Below are positions 18,268-30,110 of a stretch of 64,000 nucleotides of DNA, piece by piece. Every line of letters starts with the position of its first letter. The first letter of the stretch is position 1. The stretch covers positions 83,007-147,006 of the forward strand of contig JAABTQ010000004.1 of assembly GCA_011389745.1 (NCBI GenBank), read 5' to 3'. The notes beneath the pieces were generated by a model that worked only from the letters and a program-made list of their open reading frames with translations, ran no database searches and had not been told where the DNA came from. Source of the stretch: Desulfobacteraceae bacterium (GTDB lineage Bacteria; Desulfobacterota; Desulfobacteria; Desulfobacterales; SKZT01). Made by a program: the position numbers and the translations under genes.

Positions 18268-19722
18268 ATGCCGCTTTTTATAGTTGAAAAAAGAGAATCA
18301 ACATTCAAATACCATTTGTTTCTAACTTTATTAGCCCTTTCACTGATTTTTTCAAGTGTTTTCACTGCCAGCGCAAAAACCGCGCCCCCCGCAATGGTAC
18401 CTCAGAGTTTCACGGGATTGGCTGAAAGTGTCAGTCCGGCTGTTGTCAACATCAGAACTGTTAAAACAATGAGAGGTGGAGGCCCGGTGTTCAGACATTT
18501 CCAACGAGAGCCTTTTGGTAAGAATGATCCTTTCGAAGACTTTTTTGAACGTTTTTTCGGTGAAGAACAGCAGCGGGAATACAAACAAAGAAGTCTGGGT
18601 TCCGGATTTATCATTGATCCGGAAGGATTTATCGTGACCAATAATCATGTGATTGAAGGTGCTGATGAGATTATTGTCAAGTTAAAGAATGGAAAAGAAT
18701 TCGATGCCGAGATTGTCGGAAGAGACCCCAACACTGATTTGGCATTGCTGAAGGTAAAAACTCCTGAAAATTTCGAGGCCCTGAAACTGGGTGATTCCGA
18801 TTCTTTGCAGGTAGGCCAATGGGTAGTGGCAATCGGAAGCCCCTTCGGCCTGGAACAAACTGTAACCGCCGGCATTGTCAGTGCTAAAGGTCGGGTCATC
18901 GGTTCTGGTCCCTATGATGATTTTATTCAGACGGATGCATCCATTAACCCCGGTAACAGCGGGGGACCGCTTACCAACATGGAAGGTGAAGTTATTGGTA
19001 TCAATACAGCAATCGTTGCCAGCGGTCAGGGTATCGGATTTGCTATTCCGATTAATTTGGCCAAAGGAATTATCGAACAGCTTAAAGCCACGGGCGAGGT
19101 AACCCGCGGATGGCTGGGGGTTGCCATTCAGGATCTGACCAAAGAGATGGTGGAATATTACAACCTTAAAGACCGCAAGGGTGTATTGGTAGCCAAGGTA
19201 TTTGAAAATGATCCTGCCGATAAAGCCGGTATTAAAGCACAGGATATAATTATTTCCGTCAACGGAAAAAAAATTGAAACCAGTCGGGAACTGACCTCAA
19301 TGATCGCCACACTGGTAGTTGGAGAAAAGGCCAAAGTTACAGTGCTTCGCAATGGAAAAGAGAAAATTTTTACAGTTAATATTGCAAAACGTGATGAAGT
19401 TAAACTGGCATCTGAAAGCACTTCGAAAAATGGGGAAGCTGGAGAAATTGGTGTTCAGGTTTCCAATATTACCCCGGAAATTGCTGATCGACTTAATATT
19501 TCAGAAGCTGATGGTGTAATTGTAACCGGAGTGGATTCCGGCAGTAAAAGTGACGTTGCAGGGATACAGACAGGAGATATTATAAGAGAAATTAACCGTA
19601 AACGTATTAAAAACATTGATGATTTTAAAAACACCTTGCTTACCATCAAACAAGGAGAGCCCATCAGCATGTTCATTCACCGAATTAATACGGGTTTTAT
19701 CGTGGTTCGAATGGTCAAATAA
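18268..19722 (+). CDS. degP: Do-family periplasmic serine endoprotease (DegP/HtrA/DegQ) with two PDZ domains
   Basis: Signal/anchor sequence. Triad contexts are TNNHVI, DLALLKV and GNSGGPL; two PDZ-like segments follow. Confidence 0.9.
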   Translation: MPLFIVEKRESTFKYHLFLTLLALSLIFSSVFTASAKTAPPAMVPQSFTGLAESVSPAVVNIRTVKTMRGGGPVFRHFQREPFGKNDPFEDFFERFFGEEQQREYKQRSLGSGFIIDPEGFIVTNNHVIEGADEIIVKLKNGKEFDAEIVGRDPNTDLALLKVKTPENFEALKLGDSDSLQVGQWVVAIGSPFGLEQTVTAGIVSAKGRVIGSGPYDDFIQTDASINPGNSGGPLTNMEGEVIGINTAIVASGQGIGFAIPINLAKGIIEQLKATGEVTRGWLGVAIQDLTKEMVEYYNLKDRKGVLVAKVFENDPADKAGIKAQDIIISVNGKKIETSRELTSMIATLVVGEKAKVTVLRNGKEKIFTVNIAKRDEVKLASESTSKNGEAGEIGVQVSNITPEIADRLNISEADGVIVTGVDSGSKSDVAGIQTGDIIREINRKRIKNIDDFKNTLLTIKQGEPISMFIHRINTGFIVVRMVK

Positions 19723-19736
19723 ACTGACAACAATCT

Positions 19737-19768
19737 AAAAAAAGGGCGATTAAAAATCGCCCTTTTTT
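19737..19768. terminator. Bidirectional terminator between degP and groEL
   Basis: AAAAAAAGGGCGAT-TAAAA-ATCGCCCTTTTTT: a perfect stem with A and T runs on both sides. Confidence 0.8.
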
Positions 19769-19830
19769 AGTCCAAAACTGTTCCAAACAGTGTCTCAATA
19801 AACTAAAATTTATGCCATGCCTATTGATTA

Positions 19831-21468
<1,638 letters not shown>

Positions 21469-21478
21469 CTATCTGAAA

Positions 21479-21766
21479 TTATTCCATGACACCCATAATA
21501 TCATCTTCTCTCATAAACAGATGTTCGACACCATCAATTTTGAATTCCGTGCCTGCATATTTGGAAAAAAGAATACGATCTCCAACCTTGACATCCATGG
21601 CAGTTCGCCTGCCATCTTCTCCTATTTTACCAGGCCCAACCGCCACAATTTTACCATGATGGGGTTTTTCCTTGGCTGAATCCGGGATAATAATCCCGCC
21701 AGGAGTTTTGCTTTCTTCTTCTTCTCTTAAAACCAGAATACGGTCACCTAAAGGTCTTATCTTCAT
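21479..21766 (-). CDS. groES: Co-chaperonin GroES (Cpn10)
   Basis: [35 protein letters not shown]... Confidence 0.95.
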   Translation of the reverse strand: MKIRPLGDRILVLREEEESKTPGGIIIPDSAKEKPHHGKIVAVGPGKIGEDGRRTAMDVKVGDRILFSKYAGTEFKIDGVEHLFMREDDIMGVME

Positions 21767-21935
21767 ATCTCGTTATCCTCCTTGTTATTGGTTTGCGTCT
21801 TATTATAACATTATGGTTCAGGTTCGATGAGACCTGGAAACCGATTGATTTAGTTTGTTTAAAGGGTTTTTGGCTTTAAGGAAAACATCCTTGGTTCAGG
21901 AAAGAAACATCAGTGGAGTCCGAATTGATTAAATT

Positions 21936-21967
21936 AAAAAAAACGAATATCCGAATTTGCATTCGCG
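21936..21967 (-). terminator. Weak terminator-like hairpin plus U8 tract inside the ribBA-groES spacer
   Basis: Minus-strand RNA reads GCGAAU-GCAA-AUUCG-GAU-AUUCG-UUUUUUUU. The 5' arm can pair with either AUUCG copy. The first option has a GCAA tetraloop; the second abuts the U8 run. Confidence 0.35.
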
Positions 21968-22121
21968 TATTACTCCTCATTCGATTCTGATTGACCGCAG
22001 GGCATAAGGCCCAAAGTGTCGGGTGTTATACGCCATACATTAACAAAACACCCAGCATGTTCTAACTGTTATTTATAGTAATTTCAAAATGTTAAAATAT
22101 TACCTACTCTTTTTACCGTAA

Positions 22122-22150
22122 ATTAATAATCACCATTTTTATCCTGTCAA
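22122..22150 (-). promoter_or_regulatory. Sigma70-type promoter candidate (TTGACA-17 nt-ATTAAT) about 350 nt upstream of groES
   Basis: Minus strand reads TTGACAGGATAAAAATGGTGATTATTAAT, about 50 nt downstream of the ribBA stop. Confidence 0.35.
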
Positions 22151-22200
22151 GGCGTTTTCATACATTTTTTGTGGGTATCGAAAAGGGCAGTGTCGCTCTT

Positions 22201-23415
22201 TTACGGACATGCATCAAGGTTGAGCCAATGTCCCATTTTCAGTTTCTTACACTCAAGGTAGCATCTGTTAAACTCATTAGGCTCAATTTCAATGGGAACT
22301 TGTTCCACAATACTAAGTCCATATCCTTGCAAACCAATGATCTTTTTCGGGTTATTAGTCATCAGTCGAATTTTTCTGACTCCCAGGTCCACCAGCACCT
22401 GAGCACCAATACCGTAATTTCTGAGATCCGGTTTAAAACCAAGCCTCTGGTTGGCTTCGACAGTATCCAGCCCCTTATCCTGGAGACAATACGCCTTAAG
22501 CTTGTTAACAAGGCCGATTCCCCGCCCTTCCTGGCGCACATACAACAGTACGCCTGACCCCGCCTGATCCATCATCATCATGGCCTTTTCAAGCTGATCT
22601 CCACAGTCACATCTTAGCGACCTGATGATATCTCCTGTAAAACACTCCGAATGGACCCGCACCAAAACGGGTTGTTCAGGGTTGATTTCTCCTTTTACCA
22701 GAGCAATATGTTGAAAATCCTCAACATCGTTATCATAAACGATAATTTTGAATTCACCTGCATGGGTAGTGGGAATAACCGATTCCACAGCTCTGTGCAC
22801 AAAGGATTCTTTTTGCATTCGATATTCGATCAAATCCTGAATGGTGCAAATGTTTATACCATGCTTCTTACTAAACTCTTCAAGTGAAGGCATCCGTGCC
22901 ATGTTCCCGTCTTCATCCATGATTTCGCAAATAACCCCCGAGGGATTCAAACCCGCTAACTTTGCCAGGTCGACAGAACCTTCGGTCTGTCCTGCCCTGA
23001 CAATAACACCGCCGATTTTGGCTCTTAAAGGAAAGATATGGCCGGGCCGAACCAGATCGCTGGGCTTAGCTCCATCGGTAATCGCTGTCAGAATTGTTCT
23101 GGCGCGATCTTGCACGGAAGCACCCGAGGTAACCCCACATCGGGCATCAATGGAAACGGTAAAACCCGTTTGAAAAGGTGAAGTATTATCAACGACCATC
23201 AGGGGTAAGTCCAGGGATTCAACCTTTTCTCTGGTCATGGAAAGACAAATAAGCCCTCGTCCGTATTTTGCCATAAAATTTATGGTTTCCGGGGTAACCT
23301 TTTCCGCGGCAATGGTTAAATCTCCTTCGTTTTCACGGTCTTCATCATCCACGAGAATAACCATTCGACCATCAGCAATATCTTTAATAGCCTCTTCTAT
23401 TGAAACAATTGGCAT
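22201..23415 (-). CDS. ribBA: Bifunctional 3,4-dihydroxy-2-butanone-4-phosphate synthase / GTP cyclohydrolase II
   Basis: The N-terminal half has [11 protein letters not shown] and GHIFPL. The C-terminal half has [11 protein letters not shown]...RCDCGDQL and QEGRGIGL. Confidence 0.95.
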   Translation of the reverse strand: MPIVSIEEAIKDIADGRMVILVDDEDRENEGDLTIAAEKVTPETINFMAKYGRGLICLSMTREKVESLDLPLMVVDNTSPFQTGFTVSIDARCGVTSGASVQDRARTILTAITDGAKPSDLVRPGHIFPLRAKIGGVIVRAGQTEGSVDLAKLAGLNPSGVICEIMDEDGNMARMPSLEEFSKKHGINICTIQDLIEYRMQKESFVHRAVESVIPTTHAGEFKIIVYDNDVEDFQHIALVKGEINPEQPVLVRVHSECFTGDIIRSLRCDCGDQLEKAMMMMDQAGSGVLLYVRQEGRGIGLVNKLKAYCLQDKGLDTVEANQRLGFKPDLRNYGIGAQVLVDLGVRKIRLMTNNPKKIIGLQGYGLSIVEQVPIEIEPNEFNRCYLECKKLKMGHWLNLDACP

Positions 23416-23432
23416 GAAATATCTCCTGTTTT

Positions 23433-24362
23433 TTACTTTAAGGCATTTACAATCACCAGCACATTTTCGCGCATCATGCCGATATAGGTTGCACCGGCGG
23501 AACCGCCGGCCCCCATGGAATCAGAGTATAACTGCCCACCGATAGCCACCCCGGCCTCACGTGCAATTTCGCGAATCATTTTGGGGTTAACGCTGGTTTC
23601 CAGAAATATGGCAGGTGCCTGATAACTTCTGATTGAGTCAATGACATTCTTAAGCCTTTGAGGTGTTATACCGGCTCCAACTTCACTTCCGGTGGACCAT
23701 CCCACCGGTGCGAGACTAAGGTAATTATTCTGGGAATTGAACCGATATTCTCTGCAAAAGTAATTGAAAGCATCATGACTGGTAACCAGAATACGTTTTT
23801 GTGGAACAATTTGATTTACCTGTTCTTTGATCCAGATATCCAGAACTCTCAACTGTTCCAAATAAAGCTTTGCTCTGGCAATATATTCATCACTGTGATC
23901 AGGATCAAGTCTTACGACTGCTCTTGTGATATTGTTAACATAAACTGCCGCGTTCTTTGGTGAAAACCAGGCATGAGGGTCAAGGATTTTTTCTCCTTCC
24001 TGCTCAAATTCTAAAGGCTGTATACCTTCGGTGCACGTAACCAGAGGTTTGCCCGCATCTTTGGCCAGGATGGTCATCCAGCTCTTGCCTTCGAGATACA
24101 ACCCGTTTTGAAGTGTCAAGTCGGCCTCCATGACCATCATAGAATCCTGGGGAGTCGGCATGTATGTATGCGGGTCGGCACCTGGAGCCAGAATACATTT
24201 CACAATGCACCGATCACCCACGATCTGTGCTGTAAAATCGGCGATTTGGGTTGTTGAACTTACCAGCACCGGACGACTTCCACTATCTTTACAGATTCCG
24301 GTTTCTAAATTAATTACAAAACCAAAGAAAACCACAAATAAGGTTAACCATATTTTGTACAT
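23433..24362 (-). CDS. Metal (Zn/Mn/Fe)-type ABC transporter substrate-binding protein, ZnuA/TroA/MntC family
   Basis: Track ORF extends to 24476, but ATG at 24362 ([13 protein letters not shown]..., RBS GAGGTGG) gives a proper signal peptide. Motifs: [32 protein letters not shown]. No permease or ATPase gene is adjacent. Confidence 0.8.
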   Translation of the reverse strand: MYKIWLTLFVVFFGFVINLETGICKDSGSRPVLVSSTTQIADFTAQIVGDRCIVKCILAPGADPHTYMPTPQDSMMVMEADLTLQNGLYLEGKSWMTILAKDAGKPLVTCTEGIQPLEFEQEGEKILDPHAWFSPKNAAVYVNNITRAVVRLDPDHSDEYIARAKLYLEQLRVLDIWIKEQVNQIVPQKRILVTSHDAFNYFCREYRFNSQNNYLSLAPVGWSTGSEVGAGITPQRLKNVIDSIRSYQAPAIFLETSVNPKMIREIAREAGVAIGGQLYSDSMGAGGSAGATYIGMMRENVLVIVNALK

Positions 24363-24431
24363 ATCCACCTCTCGTTTATAACTTTTGAATCGAATTGTTA
24401 CTTTAATCTTTAAGATACATCTTTTCAAGCC

Positions 24432-24482
24432 TGATGATTGATATTGACCATAAAATAACCTTTTGTTTGACATCAATCATCA
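24432..24482. promoter_or_regulatory. 11-bp perfect inverted repeat in the divergent SBP/GNAT promoter region (operator or leader hairpin candidate)
   Basis: TGATGATTGAT (24432-24442) and ATCAATCATCA (24472-24482) are separated by 29 nt and lie 70-120 nt upstream of the SBP start. Confidence 0.35.
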
Positions 24483-24612
24483 AGACTGTTAACCATGAAA
24501 TAAATCATTACTATAATAAACACCCTTCTTCGGCTGTGCCTTTTTTTTAATGTTTCTAATGAATTTAAAGGGTGAAGTGTTTATATTACATATATTCAAG
24601 GAGAGAGAGGTC

Positions 24613-25194
24613 ATGTTAGAAGATTATCCAAAAGAGGTTACTTTACAGGATGGCTTTAAATTAACTTTAAGGCCCATGACCAAATACGATTTTGACGGAC
24701 TTTACCGTTTTTTTGTTTCCCTGGCTGAATTTGACCGGAAACATTTAAGAAATGACACCCAAAGTCGCGTTCTTATTGAAAATTGGTGTCGGGAACTTGA
24801 TCATGACAAGGTTTTGCCCATCCTGGCTGAAATTGACGGAAAAATTATCGCCAATGCCACACTTCACCGGGAAACCCACGGTTGGTCCAAGCATATTGGA
24901 GAAATTCGGATGACCATTTCACCACAGTATCAACAGAAAGGTCTAGGGTTTCTTCTAGTCAATGAAATTGTAAATCTGGGGGAAAAAGTGGGGCTGGAAA
25001 AAATCACGGCGTGGGTGGTTACATCAAGGGACTACGTTATCAAACTTTTCGAGCAAAACAATTTTGTACCTGTTTCGACCCTTAAAAATTATGTTAAGAC
25101 TATCCATGACGGCTGCTACCAGGATGTTGTTATCCTGGTGAAAGACTTGAAACCCCTGTCGGCACAATCAGCATTTCGAGGAGATGAGAAATGA
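24613..25194 (+). CDS. GNAT-family N-acetyltransferase (Pat-GNAT-like), copy 1
   Basis: Track ORF 24550..25194; ATG at 24613 follows [30 protein letters not shown]...[20 protein letters not shown]. Its stop overlaps the thiolase start (ATGA). Confidence 0.75.
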   Translation: MLEDYPKEVTLQDGFKLTLRPMTKYDFDGLYRFFVSLAEFDRKHLRNDTQSRVLIENWCRELDHDKVLPILAEIDGKIIANATLHRETHGWSKHIGEIRMTISPQYQQKGLGFLLVNEIVNLGEKVGLEKITAWVVTSRDYVIKLFEQNNFVPVSTLKNYVKTIHDGCYQDVVILVKDLKPLSAQSAFRGDEK

Positions 25195-26384
25195 GAGAAA
25201 TCGTGATTGCAGGTGCTGTGCGCACTCCTATAGGCGTCTTCGGAGGAACCTTGAAGGATACGACTGCTGTTGAACTCGGTAGTCTGGTTATAAGTGAAGT
25301 TTTGAAACGAGCAAAAGTAAGACCTGAAAAAGTTAATGAAGTCATCATGGGGAATGTACTTCAGGCAGGATTGGGACAAAACCCCGCCAGGCAAGCCGCA
25401 ATTCGAGCCGGAATCAGCCAGCATATTCCATCTTTTACGATCAACAAGGTTTGTGGTTCCGGTATGAAAGCAGTAATTTTGGCAGCTCAGGCAATTAAAG
25501 CGGGTGATGCCGACATTATTGTCGCGGGTGGTATGGAAAACATGAGCGAAGCTCCCTATGTGTTGCCCCACTCCCGATGGGGCCATCGAATGGGCCATGA
25601 TCAGTTGATCGATGTGGTTATTCAGGATGGGCTCTGGTGTTCTTTCGGCCATACACACATGGGAATTACCGCTGAAAATATTGCCGACAAATTCGGTTTC
25701 AGCCGCGAGGATCAGGATGAATTTGCAGCAAAAAGCCAGCAAAAAGCTGAAGCTGCAATAAAATCAGGACGGTTCAAAGATGAAATTGTGCCCGTAATCG
25801 TTCCTCAGCGAAAAGGAGACCCGATTATATTCGACACGGATGAATTTCCCAGATTCGGCTCGACCGTTGAGAAACTAAGCAAGCTCAAGCCGGCTTTTAG
25901 AGAGGACGGAACCATCACAGCCGGAAACAGCAGTGGTATCAACGATGGAGGCGCAGCCCTGTTGATTATGAGCGCCGAAAAAGCCTACAATATGGGTATA
26001 CGGCCTTTAGCAAAAATTGTGGCTTATGATTACCAGGGATGTGAACCTGAGTTGATGGGAACAGGGCCTATTTACGCAGTTCGCAGTGCAATCAATAAAA
26101 TACGGGAAAAATTTAATAAAGATATTGACCTGGTGGAACTTAACGAAGCCTTTGCTGCACAGGCCATGGCCGGCCTTCTTGATTTGAATCTGGACCCATC
26201 CATTGTCAATGTAAACGGAGGGGCTATTGCTCTTGGGCATCCAATTGGCTGCAGCGGCGCAAGAATTCTCACCACGATCGTTCATGAGATGGTAAAAAGA
26301 GACGCCAAAGTCGGTCTTGCCGGGCTTTGTATCGGAGGAGGTCAGGGGATTGCGACCATTGTTGAGAGATCTTGGTCTTACTAA
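25191..26384 (+). CDS. Acetyl-CoA C-acetyltransferase (thiolase II)
   Basis: [11 protein letters not shown] (active-site Cys), [39 protein letters not shown]. Confidence 0.9.
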   Translation: MREIVIAGAVRTPIGVFGGTLKDTTAVELGSLVISEVLKRAKVRPEKVNEVIMGNVLQAGLGQNPARQAAIRAGISQHIPSFTINKVCGSGMKAVILAAQAIKAGDADIIVAGGMENMSEAPYVLPHSRWGHRMGHDQLIDVVIQDGLWCSFGHTHMGITAENIADKFGFSREDQDEFAAKSQQKAEAAIKSGRFKDEIVPVIVPQRKGDPIIFDTDEFPRFGSTVEKLSKLKPAFREDGTITAGNSSGINDGGAALLIMSAEKAYNMGIRPLAKIVAYDYQGCEPELMGTGPIYAVRSAINKIREKFNKDIDLVELNEAFAAQAMAGLLDLNLDPSIVNVNGGAIALGHPIGCSGARILTTIVHEMVKRDAKVGLAGLCIGGGQGIATIVERSWSY

Positions 26385-26416
26385 TATTCAATTCGATATT
26401 CATGTGGAATAATCAG

Positions 26417-26965
26417 ATGAATACCTACTCATATCCCAAACATATCCGATTGAAGGATGGAACCGAATTATCAATTCGTCCTTTGAGAAAAGAAGATGAA
26501 AAGGTACTTCGTAACTATTTTTTGAGGCTTCCACCAAAAGAAGTCGCCCGGTTGAAACATGACGTTACCGATCCTGATCTTATCAGCAAATGGATTTATG
26601 ACCTTGACTATGATGTCGTCTTTCCGTTGGTGGCCATGGACAATGATCGTATCGTAGCCAATGGTACCCTGAAATTTAATATGATCGGATGGAGAAAACA
26701 CCAGGGGGAAATCCGGGCAACAGTAGATCCTGAATACAGGGAAAAAGGGCTTTCCACGGTATTGATCAAAAACATGATTGAAATTGCAAAGGGCATGGGA
26801 ATTGAACAGCTTACCGCGGAACTGGCACCAACTCTTGATGAAGCTTTCTTTTTGTTCGAAAAGATAGGTTTTAAAGAGGCTGCGGTGCTCAAAAATTTTA
26901 TCAAGGACCAGGAAGGTAAATATGAAGATCTGGTCATTATGATTATGGATTTGAATGAATCTTGA
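26417..26965 (+). CDS. GNAT-family N-acetyltransferase (Pat-GNAT-like), copy 2
   Basis: Track ORF 26372..26965; ATG at 26417 or 26402. YPKHIRLKDGTELSIRPL...GEIRATVDPEYREKGLSTVL; clear paralogue of 24613..25194. Confidence 0.75.
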   Translation: MNTYSYPKHIRLKDGTELSIRPLRKEDEKVLRNYFLRLPPKEVARLKHDVTDPDLISKWIYDLDYDVVFPLVAMDNDRIVANGTLKFNMIGWRKHQGEIRATVDPEYREKGLSTVLIKNMIEIAKGMGIEQLTAELAPTLDEAFFLFEKIGFKEAAVLKNFIKDQEGKYEDLVIMIMDLNES

Positions 26966-27178
26966 AATAAGTTTATAACAATAACAAACTTACCCTGGCT
27001 GATAGTCTTTAACATAGGCTTCAACTAAATTTACGATTTAGTCTGTCATCAACCAGGCATCATACCTTTCATCACATCTTTACTTTACAAACCAATTCTA
27101 TAATGTTAAATTTTTGGAGAAAGAGTAATGAATTAAGGAATGCCATTTCCTAAAATTAATAATACAGGAGCCGGTAAA

Positions 27179-27625
27179 ATGGAATACATCAAAATACGAT
27201 TTGGGGATGAATTTGATAAAATAGGTTCCAGATTCGAAGAGACTATCGAGGACATGTTTCGATCGATGGGTCCCATATTCAGCCTTGCAGAGCGCACCTG
27301 GAGACCTTCCATGGATATTTTTGAGACCGAGAATGAAATTATTATTCTGGCGGAAGTCGCAGGTGTCAGCAAAGACTGCCTTGATATCGAAGTCAACAGC
27401 AAAGCCGTAAAGATATCCGGAAATCGAAATGAAGTTTCCAAAATGGAAAGCTGTAAATACCGTCTGGCTGAAATACAATATGGTATTTTTGAGCGTATTC
27501 TGATTCTCCCGGCTTTCATTGATCCGGATAAGGTAGATGCGTCCTTTCAGGATGGTTTTTTAAAAATTCGATTAATCAAAAAGCCTGTTGAAAGAACAAT
27601 CAGAATACCAATTGCTGATGATTAG
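27179..27625 (+). CDS. Hsp20/alpha-crystallin small heat-shock protein (fifth copy, upstream of lon)
   Basis: Track ORF 27140..27625; ATG at 27179 follows AGGAG. PSMDIFETENEIIILAEVAGV...YGIFERILILP...DGFLKIRL. Confidence 0.85.
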   Translation: MEYIKIRFGDEFDKIGSRFEETIEDMFRSMGPIFSLAERTWRPSMDIFETENEIIILAEVAGVSKDCLDIEVNSKAVKISGNRNEVSKMESCKYRLAEIQYGIFERILILPAFIDPDKVDASFQDGFLKIRLIKKPVERTIRIPIADD

Positions 27626-27708
27626 TGCTTCATTAGTTTAAGTTCAGGGCTGCAAATTCTCATCAACCGGCCCCTTTCCTAATATCAATATCAATTATGG
27701 AGGTTTGC

Positions 27709-30060
27709 ATGACTGACAAACAGGCCCTTGACACGGAAAATCAAGTGGATAAAATGCCGGAAAAACTTTCTATACTCCCTCTTTTTGATGCCACACTTTT
27801 TCCCAAAATGGTGTTGCCACTAGTGGTGATGCAGGGTGAATCCATTCAACTCATCGATGAAGCCATGAGCAAAAATCGAATCATCGGCCTTCTTGTTTCG
27901 AAAGACAAGGAAATGAAATCGAGTTATTCCCGGGAAGACCTTTATGAAGTAGGCACCAGCGCATTAATCTTAAAAATGGCCAAAACGGAGGATAATAAAG
28001 CCCAATTGCTTGTGCAAGGTTTGAGTCGTTTCAGGATTAAAGAAGTTATAGAAGAACAGCCCTATTTAAAAGTTCATGCGGAACTTATAAAGGAAAATGA
28101 AGAAAAAGACAAAGAAACTGAAGCACTCATGAGCAATCTTGTAGGGCTTTTTACGCGGGTTGTGGAACTTTCACCAGGACTGCAACCGGAAATTGCAGGC
28201 ATGGCAAGATCCATCAAGGAAGCAGGTACTTTGGCGGATATGATAACTTCGTCAATTAACGCTACTTCCGAAGAAAAACAAAAAATACTTGAAACTGCTG
28301 ACATCAAAGAACGTCTCAAAGATGTCACCAGATTAACCAACTACCAGTTGGAAATACTTGAACTTGGAAGTAAAATTCAGACCCAGGTCAAAGGTGACAT
28401 GGACAAAAGGCAGCGGGAGTACTACCTGCGCCAACAGCTGAAAGCAATTCAGGATGAGCTTGGAGAAAAAGAAGAAGGGACCGTGGAAGTTGAAGAATAT
28501 CGGGCCAAAATCGAGGAGAAAAACCTTCCTGAAGAAGCCAAAAAAGAAGCTGAGCGTGAACTGGACAGGCTTTCAAAAATGCACCCTTCCTCTGCGGAAT
28601 ATACCGTAGTGTCCACCTACATAGACTGGATCACGACTCTTCCCTGGAACGAAACCACCAAAGATAACCTTGATATTAAAAAGGCCGAAAAAATTCTCGA
28701 TGAAGATCACTATGGTCTTGAAAAACCTAAAAAGCGAATCATTGAATATCTGGCGGTAAGAAAACTGAAACCTGAATCCAAAGGTCCCATACTATGTTTT
28801 GCCGGGCCTCCGGGGACTGGAAAAACTTCTCTTGGACAATCCATTGCCAGAGCACTCGGGCGTAAATTTGTGCGCATTTCTCTTGGTGGCGTCAGAGACG
28901 AAGCCGAAATTCGTGGACACCGAAGAACCTATGTGGGTGCTTTACCGGGCCGGATTATCCAGAGTTTGCGTCGCGCGGAGTCTAAAAATCCGGTATTTAT
29001 GCTTGACGAAATCGATAAGGTGGGAAGTGATTTTCGTGGTGATCCATCATCCGCACTCTTAGAAGTGCTTGATCCAGAACAGAACTACTCATTTCAAGAC
29101 CACTATCTGGATGTTCCTTTTGATTTGTCCAATGTGATGTTTATCACCACTGCCAATATCCTGGACACAATCCCTCCTGCGCTGAGGGACAGGATGGAGG
29201 TGCTTCAACTTCTTGGTTACACAGAGGATGAAAAAATTAAGATAGCCCAGCGGTATCTTATCCCGAGACAACGGGAAGCACACGGTTTAAATTCCGGCCA
29301 AATTAAATTTACCAAAGGAGCTGTCAAACGAATCATCAGCGGATACACCCGTGAAGCCGGTTTGAGAAATTTGGAAAGAGAGATCGCGACCATATGCCGG
29401 GGCGTTGCTGCAAAAATTGCTACTGGGGATTCCGAATCTGTTGATATCAAAATTGTCAATATATCTAAATACTTGGGATCTATCAAAATAACCTCCGAAG
29501 CCAAAGCCAGAACCATGACCCCTGGTGTCACCATGGGTCTTGCCTGGACTCCTACGGGAGGAGATCTTCTTTTTGTGGAGGCAACCGCCATGAAAGGTAA
29601 AAAGGGTCTGACTCTGACCGGTCAGCTTGGAGATGTTATGAAAGAGTCCGCCACCGCCGCCCTTAGTTTTATTAGAGCAAATGCACTTTCTCTGGGAATT
29701 GAAGAAAACTATTTTGAATCCCATGATATTCATATCCATGTTCCCGCCGGAGCTATTCCCAAGGACGGCCCCTCCGCAGGCGTGACAATGCTTACCGCAC
29801 TGGCTTCTTTATTAACCAATAAGCCCGTTAAAAAAGATTTGGCCATGACCGGTGAAATTACCCTTCGTGGTCAGGTGCTGCCGGTTGGAGGTGTCAAGGA
29901 AAAAGTTCTGGCCGCCCACCGGGCCGGCATAAAAACACTGATCCTTCCCAAGTTCAACGCGAAAGACCTGGAGGACATACCCAAGAAAGTTCAAAAGGAC
30001 ATTGAATTTCATTTTGTAGACAAAATGCGCGACGTATTAAAATTGGCCATAGAAAAGTAA
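27709..30060 (+). CDS. lon: ATP-dependent Lon protease
   Basis: N-terminal LON domain, AAA+ Walker [10 protein letters not shown], and a C-terminal protease domain with [11 protein letters not shown] at 27709 sits 5 nt after GGAGG (the track starts at 27697). Confidence 0.95.
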   Translation: MTDKQALDTENQVDKMPEKLSILPLFDATLFPKMVLPLVVMQGESIQLIDEAMSKNRIIGLLVSKDKEMKSSYSREDLYEVGTSALILKMAKTEDNKAQLLVQGLSRFRIKEVIEEQPYLKVHAELIKENEEKDKETEALMSNLVGLFTRVVELSPGLQPEIAGMARSIKEAGTLADMITSSINATSEEKQKILETADIKERLKDVTRLTNYQLEILELGSKIQTQVKGDMDKRQREYYLRQQLKAIQDELGEKEEGTVEVEEYRAKIEEKNLPEEAKKEAERELDRLSKMHPSSAEYTVVSTYIDWITTLPWNETTKDNLDIKKAEKILDEDHYGLEKPKKRIIEYLAVRKLKPESKGPILCFAGPPGTGKTSLGQSIARALGRKFVRISLGGVRDEAEIRGHRRTYVGALPGRIIQSLRRAESKNPVFMLDEIDKVGSDFRGDPSSALLEVLDPEQNYSFQDHYLDVPFDLSNVMFITTANILDTIPPALRDRMEVLQLLGYTEDEKIKIAQRYLIPRQREAHGLNSGQIKFTKGAVKRIISGYTREAGLRNLEREIATICRGVAAKIATGDSESVDIKIVNISKYLGSIKITSEAKARTMTPGVTMGLAWTPTGGDLLFVEATAMKGKKGLTLTGQLGDVMKESATAALSFIRANALSLGIEENYFESHDIHIHVPAGAIPKDGPSAGVTMLTALASLLTNKPVKKDLAMTGEITLRGQVLPVGGVKEKVLAAHRAGIKTLILPKFNAKDLEDIPKKVQKDIEFHFVDKMRDVLKLAIEK

Positions 30061-30110
30061 TAAGCGACTTAAATATTTTTCCCTGTTTCTATTGGGGTAA
30101 TATCATTTTT

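Noticed and set aside
21767-22200. Searched for a CIRCE/HrcA operator and a sigma32 promoter upstream of groES
   Set aside because: No TTAGCACTC-N9-GAGTGCTAA-like inverted repeat and no CTTGAAA/CCCCAT pair was seen by eye. This is reported as an absence, not as a feature, and needs a matrix scan.
24363-24476. N-terminal extensions proposed by the ORF track (SBP to 24476, rnfB to 37106, rnfG to 38952, murG to 50621, mraY to 54199)
   Set aside because: Internal starts give canonical N-termini (a signal peptide, or a conserved first motif). They carry RBS sequences and sit at or just after the upstream gene's stop. The extensions would overlap upstream genes by tens of nt with non-homologous sequence.
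23416-24612. Expected FMN (RFN) riboswitch upstream of ribBA or the SBP gene
   Set aside because: ribBA starts 17 nt after the SBP gene. The region upstream of the SBP gene lacks the conserved RFN core segments; only a simple inverted repeat is present.
25116-25742. 208-aa ORF antisense to the thiolase gene; similar long antisense ORFs at 21284..21679, 38561..39082 and 47284..47844
   Set aside because: Each lies fully inside a confidently identified gene on the other strand (thiolase, groEL/groES, rnfG/rnfD, murB). None has a recognisable motif or RBS.
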